In this document: piece after piece, positions 28,139 to 37,658 of the stretch | Numbering within the stretch: position 1 is the first letter of the stretch | Layout: every line of letters starts with the position of its first letter | Source: Bacteroidota bacterium | GTDB lineage: Bacteria > Bacteroidota > Bacteroidia > Chitinophagales > Chitinophagaceae | Direction of reading: 5' to 3' | DNA length: 64,000 nt | Assembly: GCA_023418315.1 (NCBI GenBank) | Contig: JAEZZY010000019.1 | Location: 11,574 to 75,573 of the forward strand | Made by a program: the position numbers and the translations under genes | Notes under the pieces: generated by a model | The model's input: the letters and a program-made list of their open reading frames with translations, nothing else | Databases searched by the model: none | What the model was told of the DNA's origin: nothing

Positions 28139-28867
28139 CTATTCTTTTTTACTTATACTGTCTTTTTTTTCGGAAATATAGGGAATGACAGGATGTTTGA
28201 GCCATTCCCGGTACTGCTCGCGAATCCATATTTTCAGCTCCAGCTCGGAAGCGGCGCGGGCAAAATCGTAAGGCATGGGATAGGCATTCATGAAAAAAGC
28301 CAGCGTATCTCCGCTGAGTTGGGTTTGTGAAGCTACCAGCTCCGGCGTGTAGCGCGAGCTGATGAACTTCTCTTCCTCCCATTTATAAAAATCTTTTTGA
28401 AAACGGAATGCCCGTTTGCTGCGCTTCGATAGTTTCTCGGCTACAAACGAAACCGGCGACATTACCCCGCCTCCTTTTTGCCTTGCCAAAGCCCGCTTGT
28501 AAGTGCCGCGCCTTGCCATAGAATCGGTTTGGTAGGGAGAATAGCGCTGGCGAAGGGTAAATTCTTCCAGTTCATAGCTCATTTGAAAAAGCGACACATA
28601 CATTTCCGCAGTGCCGAGGCTGGGAGGTACCGTATATTGCTGCGGTTTATAGCCCACAAGGTGAAAACTCACTATGTCGCCTTTGTGCGCATTCAGCGTA
28701 TATTCTCCGTAGCTGTTGGTGTACGATTTTTGATTTGTACGCTCATTCGTTACCACCACGGCGGCCAGCATTTCACCGGAAATCCCGTCTTTCACAGTGC
28801 CTTTCAGCACCTGTGCCTGTGTGCCGAATGCAGCCAGTAACCCTACCAAGAGCCAAATGTGTTTCAC
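28139..28867 (-). CDS. Carboxypeptidase-regulatory-like domain protein (secreted)
   Basis: Signal peptide, then LKGTVKDGISGEMLAAVVVTN...YGEYTLNAHKGDIVSFHLVGYKPQ (CarboxypepD_reg-like fold). Confidence 0.6.
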   Translation of the reverse strand: MKHIWLLVGLLAAFGTQAQVLKGTVKDGISGEMLAAVVVTNERTNQKSYTNSYGEYTLNAHKGDIVSFHLVGYKPQQYTVPPSLGTAEMYVSLFQMSYELEEFTLRQRYSPYQTDSMARRGTYKRALARQKGGGVMSPVSFVAEKLSKRSKRAFRFQKDFYKWEEEKFISSRYTPELVASQTQLSGDTLAFFMNAYPMPYDFARAASELELKIWIREQYREWLKHPVIPYISEKKDSISKKE

Positions 28868-29058
28868 CGATGGTAAAAATAGGAAGCGCCCGATTACTGT
28901 TTTTTGAAATCGGTTGTTTTTGGGAATTATTTAAGAAGCGGAAGCGGGCGGCATTTTTTTGTCCGGATACGTGAAAACGGGAAAGATGCCCCTGAAATTC
29001 TTCCATCCGAATCCTAAATAGGATTAGTTACTTTGCACTTTGCACAAGCTGCCCAAGA

Positions 29059-30036
29059 TTGAAACTGCTTTTCCTAAATACCAACACTACCGATTATAGT
29101 CAGGATATATTGTACGCCGGCTTGAGAAAAAGAACGGACATTACGCTCTATGAACTGCCTTTCAATGCCCGGTATCATTTTCCTATGAAAAAATACCCGC
29201 GCAATCTGGGGTTGGAATACGGCTATTTGCTAAAACGTTTTTTTCAACAGATACCCTGGAAAGAGCTGGATGGTGTGATTATAGGCGGCTGCAATCCGCA
29301 TCTGTTACAACGTTACGAAGCGTTATTCCCTAAGTTGTCGGCTCATACTCGGCTCATTCTGGTGGATGGCGGCGACTGGCCAGAAATCGGGGGTGATTTT
29401 TACCGTGCAGGAGGAAAAAGAATTTATGATGATTTTCGTAAACGGTATCCTTTTCATTTTGTTTTTAAAAGAGAAATGGTGCTCAATCTGGATTATCCCG
29501 AAAACACCTTTCCTTTTCCCTTTGGTTTCAATTTGCAACGGGTTCCTAAGGGCATATCCCACACGAAGAAATACGATGTTTCGTTTTGGGCGGTGCAGAG
29601 TTCTCCTATACGCACCGTTGCTTTAGAGCTGCTCGAAAACCAGTTTGATTGCAAAGCCAATGGCACGGTGGTAAACCAGGTATTTGCGGATTATAAACGC
29701 AAAGGAGATAATTACCTTCGGGAGCTTGCTGCGTGCAAAGTGGTCATTAATATCAGAGGTGTAGGCTGGGATACGCTGCGTTATTGGGAAACGCCCGCAC
29801 TCGGTACGTTTCTGATTTCACAACCGCCGCATATTCACATTCCGCACAATTTTATAGATAAGGAAGAAATGGTTTTTTGCAAGCATGATTTGAGCGACCT
29901 TGTCGAATTATGCACCTACTATCTTTTGCACGAAGAAGAGCGGGAACGCATTGCAAAAAACGGAGAAAAAAAACTGCGGCAGTATCATTCGGAAGCATGC
30001 AGGGCAGCGTATTTTTTGCAAGCGATAAAAAAATAA
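29059..30036 (+). CDS. Glycosyltransferase-like protein (CgeB / Glyco_trans_1_2-type C-terminal domain)
   Basis: TTG start. The C-terminal pattern KVVINIRGVGWDTLRYWETPALGTFLISQ...ERERIAKNG is typical of CgeB-like GT1 domains. Confidence 0.55.
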   Translation: MKLLFLNTNTTDYSQDILYAGLRKRTDITLYELPFNARYHFPMKKYPRNLGLEYGYLLKRFFQQIPWKELDGVIIGGCNPHLLQRYEALFPKLSAHTRLILVDGGDWPEIGGDFYRAGGKRIYDDFRKRYPFHFVFKREMVLNLDYPENTFPFPFGFNLQRVPKGISHTKKYDVSFWAVQSSPIRTVALELLENQFDCKANGTVVNQVFADYKRKGDNYLRELAACKVVINIRGVGWDTLRYWETPALGTFLISQPPHIHIPHNFIDKEEMVFCKHDLSDLVELCTYYLLHEEERERIAKNGEKKLRQYHSEACRAAYFLQAIKK

Positions 30037-30054
30037 CCCGTCAGGGGAGACGGG
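30037..30054. terminator. Bidirectional terminator between convergent genes (GT-like and pnp)
   Basis: CCCGTC-agggga-GACGGG. It is flanked by an A-run upstream (a T-run on the minus strand, good for pnp) and by CTATTTT downstream. Confidence 0.7.
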
Positions 30055-30083
30055 CTATTTTGGAAGATGTTATTTCCGCAAAT

Positions 30084-32420
30084 TTACAGTGCCAAATCCG
30101 GATCATTGGCATCCGGAGCCGGTTGTGGCGGTTGAGCTGTGTTTTCTCTTTTCGGGCCCCGGTCGTGGTTATCTCTTCTTGGCCCACGTTCGTTGCGGTC
30201 ATTTCTTCTGTCGCCGTCCCTTCTTGGTCCGCGGTCGTTTCCGTTTTCACGGCGTTCGCGTTTTTCCGGTTCCACATAGCCTTCCGGTTTTTCCATCAGC
30301 ACCTTGCGGCTTAGGCGCAGCTTACCGGTTTTAGGATCGGTACCCACCAGTTTTATTTTTACTTTATCGCCTTCTGCAAGCACACCGTCTAAGCTATCTA
30401 AGCGTTTCCAGCTTACTTCGGAAATGTGCAATAAACCTTGTTTGCCGGGCATAAATTCTATGAACGCACCAAACGGCATGATGGATTTTACGGTTCCTTC
30501 ATAGCTCTCACCGATTTCCGGTACGGCTACGATGCCTTTGATCCATATCATTGCTTTGTCTATGCTTTCTTTATTAGCAGAGAATATTTTTACAATGCCT
30601 TTATTGTTTTCTTCTTCGATGTTGATGGTAGCGCCGGTTTCACGTTGTATTTCCTGAATGATTTTACCGCCGGGCCCGATTACCGCTCCTATAAATTCAC
30701 TTTCGATAATCAATTGCTCAATGCGTGGTGCATGGGGTTTCAAGTCATCACGGTGCTGCGGAATGGCTTCATACATAGCATCCAGGATATGCAGGCGACC
30801 ACGTTTGGCTTGTGCTAACGCCTGGCGCATTACATCCATGCTCAGTCCATCCACTTTTATATCCATTTGGATACCGCAAATACCATCGCGGGTGCCGGTT
30901 ACTTTAAAATCCATATCACCGAGGTGGTCTTCATCGCCGAGGATGTCTGTAAGTACCGCCCATTTTCCGTCTTCTGCACGGGAAATCAGCCCCATAGCTA
31001 CACCGCCTACGTGTTTAGGAAACGGCACACCCGCATCCATTAAGGCTAAGGAACCGGCACATACGGTAGCCATAGAGGAAGAACCGTTGCTTTCCAGAAT
31101 ATCGGAAACGATACGCACGGTATAAGGGAAATCGTCGCCCGGCATCATTTGTTCTAAAGAGCGCATCGCCAGGTTGCCATGTCCCACTTCACGTCTGCCG
31201 GGGCCGCGCATAGGCTTGGTTTCGCCGGTAGAGAACGGAGGAAAATTATAGTGAAGGATAAACTTGCGGTAATCAGAAGTGGCGGCTGTTTCTTTCAGCA
31301 ATTCATCTTCGGAAGTGCCGAGTGTAACCGTGGTTAAGGATTGGGTTTCGCCCCGGGTAAATAAAGCAGCGCCATGCGGGGAAGGCAATACATCTACTTC
31401 AATCGTCAGCGGGCGCACTTCATCAAGGCCGCGGCCGTCTAAGCGGCGGCTTTCATCAAGAATCATATTGCGCACGGTGTGGTATTGCAAGTCTTCCAAG
31501 TATTTTTTAGCGAAGGAGCGAATTTCATCCGGCACGCTTTCGCCTTCTTGCAAGCCTTCTGCCAAATGCAGGAATAGCTGTTCTTGTAGTTCTTTAAAGG
31601 CATGGCTGCGATCATGTTTGGCAGATGCGCTTCTGGCTATTTCTTTCAGTTTTGGTCCGGCAAAAGCTTCCACTTTCGCTTTCAGTTCTTCGTTTTCTTC
31701 TGTTTTTGCAATTTCACGTTTCGTTTTTGCGCCTGCTGCATCACGCAGTTGCTCTTGCAGTTTTATTTGTTCGCGTATAGCGGCATGACCGGTTTCTATT
31801 GCGGTTATCAAATCTTCTTCGGCACATTCTTTCGCCTCGCCTTCCACCATCATGATGTTTTTTTCCGTGGCGGCAATGATGAAGTCCATATCCGCGTCTT
31901 TAAATTCGGTGCGGGAAGGATTCACTACATACTGACCGTTGATGCGTGCTACGCGTACTTCCGAAATAATTTCTTGAATAGGAACATCGGAAACGGCTAA
32001 TGCGGCGGAAGCGGCTAAGCAAGCCAACTGATCCGGCATTACTTCGGGGTCGGAAGAAATAAGATAGACCAATACTTGTACATCGCAATAATAATCTTCG
32101 GGGAAAAGAGGGCGTAGCGCACGGTCTATCAGGCGGGAGATCAATACTTCATAATCGCTGAGGCGGCCTTCCCGTTTAAAGAAAGAACCCGGAATGCGTC
32201 CTGCCGAAGCAAATTTTTCCTGGTAATCTACCGTAAGAGGGAAGAATGATTGTCCGGGACGCGGCTCTGTAGCGGCTACTGCCGTAGCAAGTATCATACA
32301 ATTGCCTTGGCGCACTACTACGGCGCCATCCGCCTGGCGGGCAAACCTTCCGGTTTCTATGGAAATCTCCTTTCCGTTGGAGCCGATATGCGAAACGGAA
32401 ATTGGTTTGGGTGTGTTCAT
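30084..32420 (-). CDS. pnp: Polyribonucleotide nucleotidyltransferase (PNPase) with a 70-aa low-complexity C-terminal extension
   Basis: Two RNase PH domains, a KH domain (GPGGKIIQEIQRETGATINI) and an S1 domain (GTVKSIMPFGAFIEFMPGKQGLLHISE). 778 aa. Confidence 0.95.
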   Translation of the reverse strand: MNTPKPISVSHIGSNGKEISIETGRFARQADGAVVVRQGNCMILATAVAATEPRPGQSFFPLTVDYQEKFASAGRIPGSFFKREGRLSDYEVLISRLIDRALRPLFPEDYYCDVQVLVYLISSDPEVMPDQLACLAASAALAVSDVPIQEIISEVRVARINGQYVVNPSRTEFKDADMDFIIAATEKNIMMVEGEAKECAEEDLITAIETGHAAIREQIKLQEQLRDAAGAKTKREIAKTEENEELKAKVEAFAGPKLKEIARSASAKHDRSHAFKELQEQLFLHLAEGLQEGESVPDEIRSFAKKYLEDLQYHTVRNMILDESRRLDGRGLDEVRPLTIEVDVLPSPHGAALFTRGETQSLTTVTLGTSEDELLKETAATSDYRKFILHYNFPPFSTGETKPMRGPGRREVGHGNLAMRSLEQMMPGDDFPYTVRIVSDILESNGSSSMATVCAGSLALMDAGVPFPKHVGGVAMGLISRAEDGKWAVLTDILGDEDHLGDMDFKVTGTRDGICGIQMDIKVDGLSMDVMRQALAQAKRGRLHILDAMYEAIPQHRDDLKPHAPRIEQLIIESEFIGAVIGPGGKIIQEIQRETGATINIEEENNKGIVKIFSANKESIDKAMIWIKGIVAVPEIGESYEGTVKSIMPFGAFIEFMPGKQGLLHISEVSWKRLDSLDGVLAEGDKVKIKLVGTDPKTGKLRLSRKVLMEKPEGYVEPEKRERRENGNDRGPRRDGDRRNDRNERGPRRDNHDRGPKRENTAQPPQPAPDANDPDLAL

Positions 32421-32444
32421 CGTTTACATTTTTTTTGTCCGCAA

Positions 32445-32483
32445 GTTCATTTTTGAGAAGCCTGTATCAGCGCTTCAATGAAC
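32445..32483 (-). promoter_or_regulatory. Extended stem-loop in the pnp 5' leader (candidate processing/autoregulation hairpin)
   Basis: On the minus strand: GTTCATT-GAAGC-(10 nt)-GCTTC-tcaaa-AATGAAC, located 25-63 nt upstream of the pnp ATG. Confidence 0.35.
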
Positions 32484-32520
32484 ATTTTGAGAGTTGGTTA
32501 AGGAATAGTTCAAATAACAC

Positions 32521-32551
32521 AATTCCCAACCGTATAACTTAGTTGGGAATT
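32521..32551 (-). terminator. rpsO terminator/attenuator hairpin
   Basis: Perfect 10-bp stem AATTCCCAAC-(11 nt)-GTTGGGAATT, 22 nt after the rpsO stop. On the minus strand it is followed by an interrupted U tract (GTGTTATTTG). Confidence 0.6.
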
Positions 32552-32572
32552 GCGTACAATCATCATTAAAAT

Positions 32573-32845
32573 TTATTTACGGATACCGAGTTTTTCAATC
32601 AACTCACGATATCCTTGCAGGTTGGTGCGCGTCATATATTGCAGTAATCGTTTACGACGCCCTACCATTTGCATCAAACCGCGATGGGTAGAAAAGTCTT
32701 TTTTGTTTTGTTTGAGGTGTTTTGAAATATGATTGATGCGCTCTGTAAGCTGGGCAATCTGTACTTCTGTAGAACCGGTGTTCTTCTCATCACCACCATA
32801 TTTTTTATAAAGGGTGGTTTTTTGTTTGGCTGATAAATGCGACAT
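32573..32845 (-). CDS. rpsO: 30S ribosomal protein S15
   Basis: MSHLSAKQKTTLYKKYGG...TGSTEVQIAQLTERINHISKHLKQNKKDFSTHRGLMQMVGRRKRLLQYM. ATG 32845 is preferred over the track start 32869. Confidence 0.93.
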   Translation of the reverse strand: MSHLSAKQKTTLYKKYGGDEKNTGSTEVQIAQLTERINHISKHLKQNKKDFSTHRGLMQMVGRRKRLLQYMTRTNLQGYRELIEKLGIRK

Positions 32846-32866
32846 TCTTTTTACTTTTTCAGGGTG

Positions 32867-32874
32867 CAAAGATA
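32867..32874 (-). promoter_or_regulatory. Bacteroidota -7 promoter box (TAnnTTTG) for rpsO
   Basis: The minus strand reads cTTATCTTTGCACCC, with TATCTTTG 22 nt upstream of the ATG. Confidence 0.45.
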
Positions 32875-32995
32875 AGCATTGCTATTATACGATGCGTTTT
32901 TTAGCCAAAAAAAATATTATTGATAATCAATTTATTACAAGATTAGTAAACTAATCAGTGAACATTTTTAAGTAAAATAACAAAACTGCGGGTGC

Positions 32996-35392
32996 TCATT
33001 TCCGTATCACGGCATTCAGCATCGTTTCATAATTTTTTATGAGGGCTTGTATCTGTTGTTCTATTTCCGCATCGGTAAGGGTGCGATCGTTTAATTGAAA
33101 CGTATAGCTGAGCGCATAAGATTTTTTATTTGCGCCGAGTTTTTCATTTTCAAATACATCAAACAAATCATAGTTTTTCAACGACGGAATATTCAACTGC
33201 TCGGTAGCCTGCTGCACTTGTTGGTAGGTGACGGATTTATCGAGTACCATCGCCAGATCGCGCTGCATAGCGGGGAATTTAGGTACTTCCGTGTAGTTGA
33301 TTTTATGCGTAGCCGCCGCTTTCACAAATTGCTCCCAATACACCAGGGCAAAGAACACTTCCTGCTTGATGTCAAATTTTTGCAGTCGCTCATCATCTAC
33401 TTTTAAAAACAGAGCAATAGGTTGATTTTTATACTTCCATAGCACCTGGTCTTGTTCATACGAAACGGTGAGTTTGGAGATGCCGCTACGGGTAAACAGG
33501 TTTTGAAGGATGGCTTTTATATAAAATAGATCGAAGGATTTTTGCTTTGTATTCCAGGAGGCATTTAGCGCATTTCCCGTAAACCACATTGCCAGTTGTT
33601 GTTCTTCTTTATAGGCATCATTTTCCTTGCTATAGATTTTTCCAAATTCATACAAGGCAAGATGGCTGTTCTTTCTGTTTACATTATAGCTGATTACTTC
33701 CAGCCCGCTTTCCAGCATGGAAGGACGAAGAATATCCAACTCGCTGCTGAGGCTGTTAATCATTTTCACCAACTGTTCATTACCGGGATAATAATTGCTG
33801 TTGGTAACAGAGTTGGTGATGATTTCCTGCAATCCTTCGTCACAAAGCAATTCTGCACATTTCTCCTTCAGCTTCCGGTCGTTGGGTTGCGAAGGTTTCA
33901 GGCTAATGTTCAGCTTTTCGGGAATGGGGATATTATCCAAACCATCTATTCGCACGATTTCTTCCACTATATCCGCCGGCTGTGTTACATCTGTTTTGTT
34001 GGAAGGAACTTGTATGCCTATGGTATCGCCGTTTATATTCAATTCAAAACCTAATGCCTGAAGAATGGTGTTCACCGTTTCTTTCGGATACTCTTTTCCG
34101 CTCAGTTTGTTGATGTAAGAATAAGAGGTCTGTACCGTTACCGGTTTTAGTGGAGCAGGGTAGATATCGGTGATTTTGGAGGAAATCGTTCCGCCGGCAA
34201 GCTCGGTCATCAGTTGTGCCGCACGCAGCAAAGCCGGTATCAGATGATCCATATCCACTCCTTTTTCAAAATGCGTAGCGGCATCGGTGCGCAAGCCGTG
34301 GTGCAGCGAACTTTTGCGGATGAAGGAAGGATGGAAATAGGCGCTTTCTAAAAAAATATTTTTCGTAGCAGCCGTTACTCCGCTCTCCGCACCGCCATAG
34401 ATTCCGGCAAGGCACATCGGCGCTTCGGCGTTGCAAATCATCAGGTCATTTGCGGCAAGCGTAATTTCTTTTTCGTCTAAGGTTTTGAATTTGTAGCCTT
34501 CTTTAGCAAGTTGCACATGTACTTCCTTTCCTTTTATGGTATCTGCATCAAAGGCATGTAGCGGCTGACCATATTCGTGCAATACAAAGTTGGTGATGTC
34601 CACAATATTGTTGATGCTTCTTACTCCGATAGTGTTCAGCTTGCGTTTCAGCCATTCCGGGGATGCGCCTATGGTTACGTTGGAAATCGTCAATCCGCAA
34701 TACCTCGGACAAGCCTCTTCATCAAGAATGTGCACCTTTATAGGCTCGGCATCAGGAAGGTTTTCAAGAGTAGTATTCGGCTTTTTGATTTCATATTTTT
34801 TACCTCTATGATGAGTGAGGTAAGCACAAACATCTTTTGCAACGCCTATATGGCTCATCGCATCCGAGCGATTGGGAGTAAGCCCTATATGTAGCGCAAA
34901 ATCCGGGGCAGGCACGTTGAAATAATCTTTTGCCGACATACCGGGTTTTGCATTTTCCCCCAGTACCATGATGCCGTTATGATTTGTTCCCAAGCCGATT
35001 TCATCTTCCGCGCATATCATTCCCTCACTTGCTTCTCCGCGTATTTTCGCTTTTTTTATCTCAAACGATTCGCCGCTTGCCGGATGCACCTTAGTACCTA
35101 CAGGCGCTACTACCACGCGCTGACCGTCAGCTACATTGGGCGCACCGCATACAATATGCAGCGGAGCTTCTGCGCCTATATTTACGGTGGTTATGCTCAG
35201 CTTATCCGCATTCGGATGCTTGCCGCAGGTTAGCACTTCGCCTATAAGCAACCCTTCTAAGCTGCCTTTAATCGCTTCTACTGTTTCCACTTGCTCTACC
35301 TCCAAGCCTATAGATGTAAGAATTGTACTTAATTCCTGAACGGGTAAGTTTTCCGGCAAATATTCCTGCAACCAGTTATACGAAATGACCAT
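32996..35392 (-). CDS. pheT: Phenylalanine--tRNA ligase beta subunit
   Basis: 798 aa. The N-terminus MVISYNWLQEYLP, a tRNA-binding domain (GKHPNADKL), and B3_4/B5 and FDX-ACB regions. Confidence 0.93.
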   Translation of the reverse strand: MVISYNWLQEYLPENLPVQELSTILTSIGLEVEQVETVEAIKGSLEGLLIGEVLTCGKHPNADKLSITTVNIGAEAPLHIVCGAPNVADGQRVVVAPVGTKVHPASGESFEIKKAKIRGEASEGMICAEDEIGLGTNHNGIMVLGENAKPGMSAKDYFNVPAPDFALHIGLTPNRSDAMSHIGVAKDVCAYLTHHRGKKYEIKKPNTTLENLPDAEPIKVHILDEEACPRYCGLTISNVTIGASPEWLKRKLNTIGVRSINNIVDITNFVLHEYGQPLHAFDADTIKGKEVHVQLAKEGYKFKTLDEKEITLAANDLMICNAEAPMCLAGIYGGAESGVTAATKNIFLESAYFHPSFIRKSSLHHGLRTDAATHFEKGVDMDHLIPALLRAAQLMTELAGGTISSKITDIYPAPLKPVTVQTSYSYINKLSGKEYPKETVNTILQALGFELNINGDTIGIQVPSNKTDVTQPADIVEEIVRIDGLDNIPIPEKLNISLKPSQPNDRKLKEKCAELLCDEGLQEIITNSVTNSNYYPGNEQLVKMINSLSSELDILRPSMLESGLEVISYNVNRKNSHLALYEFGKIYSKENDAYKEEQQLAMWFTGNALNASWNTKQKSFDLFYIKAILQNLFTRSGISKLTVSYEQDQVLWKYKNQPIALFLKVDDERLQKFDIKQEVFFALVYWEQFVKAAATHKINYTEVPKFPAMQRDLAMVLDKSVTYQQVQQATEQLNIPSLKNYDLFDVFENEKLGANKKSYALSYTFQLNDRTLTDAEIEQQIQALIKNYETMLNAVIRK

Positions 35393-35414
35393 TAGTTATA
35401 CTAAAAAATTTGCG

Positions 35415-35422
35415 CAAAGATA
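35415..35422 (-). promoter_or_regulatory. Bacteroidota -7 promoter box (TAnnTTTG) for pheT
   Basis: The minus strand reads GCTATCTTTGCGC, with TATCTTTG 23 nt upstream of the ATG. Confidence 0.4.
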
Positions 35423-35968
35423 GCGAGTGAGGAGAATTAGTGGAGAGGATGGAAGATTTGAATTTTCGGCCGATTGCGGAGTTGGTGCTTGGCGTAGGCG
35501 AATGAGAGGTGTTTTCATCTTTCCGCATTGATTACCTCCCTATGCTGTGTGTGAAATAATCCTTCTCTTTTTCCGAATGCTTTATAACAATCCGCATCGG
35601 TTTTCAAAAACCAACACCTCAGGTTTTACGCACATTTTTTTGTGATTTTCTTGTGGATTAAATGGAATAACTTGTTAGTTCTGTTGAAAAAAACATTTAT
35701 TGAAAAATAAAAGTGGACAGGCTGTTTATTTCCCATGAAAAATTGCAGAACTCATGCTCAATAAATTTATGTCTCTCTAACTGACCTAAGGATTCATTTC
35801 ACTCCTTACATTCGTTCCCCTGCCACGGGTAATGTGCGCTTAACCCAAACGTAACATTTCCCTAACAAAGCAGCATCCGGATAGGTTTGCCATGAATCAA
35901 ATTGGCTATATACGGATGAAAAACAACAACTTATAACATTTTATTACCTCAGGACTGAAACTTACAAC

Positions 35969-37600
35969 ATGGCGGTAAACATCAAAAAAGATTTTGGAAA
36001 TACGAGGCGCAAACCCGACATCAATTCACTGGTCTATGGCAAGATCCCGCCACAGGCCAATGAACTGGAAGAAGCCGTACTCGGCGCTGTAATGCTTGAA
36101 AAAGACAAACTGGCCGAAGTACTGGAAATCATTCAAAGTCCCGATTGCTTTTATGTGGACGCCCATCAGAAAATATACGCAGCCATTCGTCGTCTATTCG
36201 ACAAAGGGATGCCCGTGGATTTGCTGACCGTAACGGAAGAACTCCGAAAATCCAATGAGTTGGAAATCGTAGGCGGCGCTTATTTCCTCACCCGCCTCAC
36301 CATGAGCGTGCTTTCCAGCGCACACGTAGAAACCCATGCCCGCATTGTGATGGAAAAATTCATCCAGCGCGAGCTGATCCGCATTTCCGGCAATATCATT
36401 TCCGATGCCTATGAAGACAGCACGGATGTATTTGATTTGCTGGATAAGGCAGAATCCAATCTCTATGAAATAACCGATAAGCACCTGCGCAAAAATTTTA
36501 AAGGGTTGAAAGAAGTATTGGTGCGCACCGTGCAAGAAATAGAAGATGCCAAAAATAAAAATGAGGATGTAACCGGCGTGCCTACAGGCTACCGGGATCT
36601 GGACAAACTCACTTCAGGATGGCAAAAAAATGCACTCATTATAGTGGCTGCCCGCCCCGCTGTGGGTAAAACCGCCTTTTGCCTGAACCTTGCCATGAAT
36701 GCCTCCATGCACCAGGGAAAATCTTATCCCGTAGCCTTTTTTTCGTTGGAAATGGGCGCAGGCGAATTGGTGAAAAGAATGCTTGCCGCTACTACGGAAG
36801 TGAGTATGGACGCCATCACCAAAGGGCGTATGCAGGAGCATGAATTTGTGCAAATGACACAGCGTATGAATAAACTCGCCTCCGCACAGATTTTCCTGGA
36901 CGACCAGGCAGCGCTTAATATTTTTGAACTCAGAGCCAAAGCCAGAAGGCTGAAACAAAAACACGACATCCAGCTCATCATCATTGATTATCTCCAGCTC
37001 ATGCAGGCAGATATCAATAAAGGCGGCAACAGGGAACAAGAAATTTCTAAAATTTCCCGCGATTTGAAATCTCTGGCTAAGGAACTCGAAATACCCATCA
37101 TCGCTCTTTCCCAATTGAACCGCTCGGTAGAATCACGCAAAGAATCGAAAGTGCCGCAGTTGAGCGATCTTCGGGAATCAGGTGCCATCGAACAAGATGC
37201 CGACATGGTCATGTTCCTATACCGCCCGGAATATTACGGCATCAACAACAATGAAATGGGCGAACCGATAGAAGGCGAAACACACGTGCATATAGCCAAA
37301 AACCGGAGCGGTACTACCGACACCGTGAAAGTGCGTTTTATAAAGGAATACCAGAAGTTTGTGGACATGGAAGACGATAAAGGCTTTAATCGTTTTGGCG
37401 GCGGAAATGGCGGCGGAGGCGGTTTCCCACCTCCTAAAGGCGATAACCCTATGGCCGGTATCCGTAAAGATGCAAGCGAATTTGGCGGCTCTAAAATGTA
37501 TATCCCAGGCGGTTTTCAAACCCTTCCGTCTAAAGCCAACGATTATCGTTTTGATGAAGAAGAGGAGGGAAGAGGAATAGACGGAGATGTACCGTTTTAA
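35969..37600 (+). CDS. dnaB: Replicative DNA helicase DnaB with a roughly 75-aa Gly/Pro-rich C-terminal extension ending in DGDVPF
   Basis: N-terminal PPQANELEEAVLGAVML, Walker A AARPAVGKTAFCLN, IIDYLQLM and SQLNRSVESR. Confidence 0.93.
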   Translation: MAVNIKKDFGNTRRKPDINSLVYGKIPPQANELEEAVLGAVMLEKDKLAEVLEIIQSPDCFYVDAHQKIYAAIRRLFDKGMPVDLLTVTEELRKSNELEIVGGAYFLTRLTMSVLSSAHVETHARIVMEKFIQRELIRISGNIISDAYEDSTDVFDLLDKAESNLYEITDKHLRKNFKGLKEVLVRTVQEIEDAKNKNEDVTGVPTGYRDLDKLTSGWQKNALIIVAARPAVGKTAFCLNLAMNASMHQGKSYPVAFFSLEMGAGELVKRMLAATTEVSMDAITKGRMQEHEFVQMTQRMNKLASAQIFLDDQAALNIFELRAKARRLKQKHDIQLIIIDYLQLMQADINKGGNREQEISKISRDLKSLAKELEIPIIALSQLNRSVESRKESKVPQLSDLRESGAIEQDADMVMFLYRPEYYGINNNEMGEPIEGETHVHIAKNRSGTTDTVKVRFIKEYQKFVDMEDDKGFNRFGGGNGGGGGFPPPKGDNPMAGIRKDASEFGGSKMYIPGGFQTLPSKANDYRFDEEEEGRGIDGDVPF

Positions 37601-37658
37601 CCGAACAAGCAAATGAAAAGGTTGATTTTTGGCGGTAGGGATTTGGGATTGAAGGTTA

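Noticed and set aside
22115-35660. DnaA-box-like 9-mers (ATATCCACA at 22115-22123; TGTGGATTA at 35652-35660, next to dnaB) as evidence for oriC
   Set aside because: Each is a single, imperfect box with no cluster, no adjacent dnaA/dnaN and no clear AT-rich unwinding repeats. That is insufficient for an origin call.
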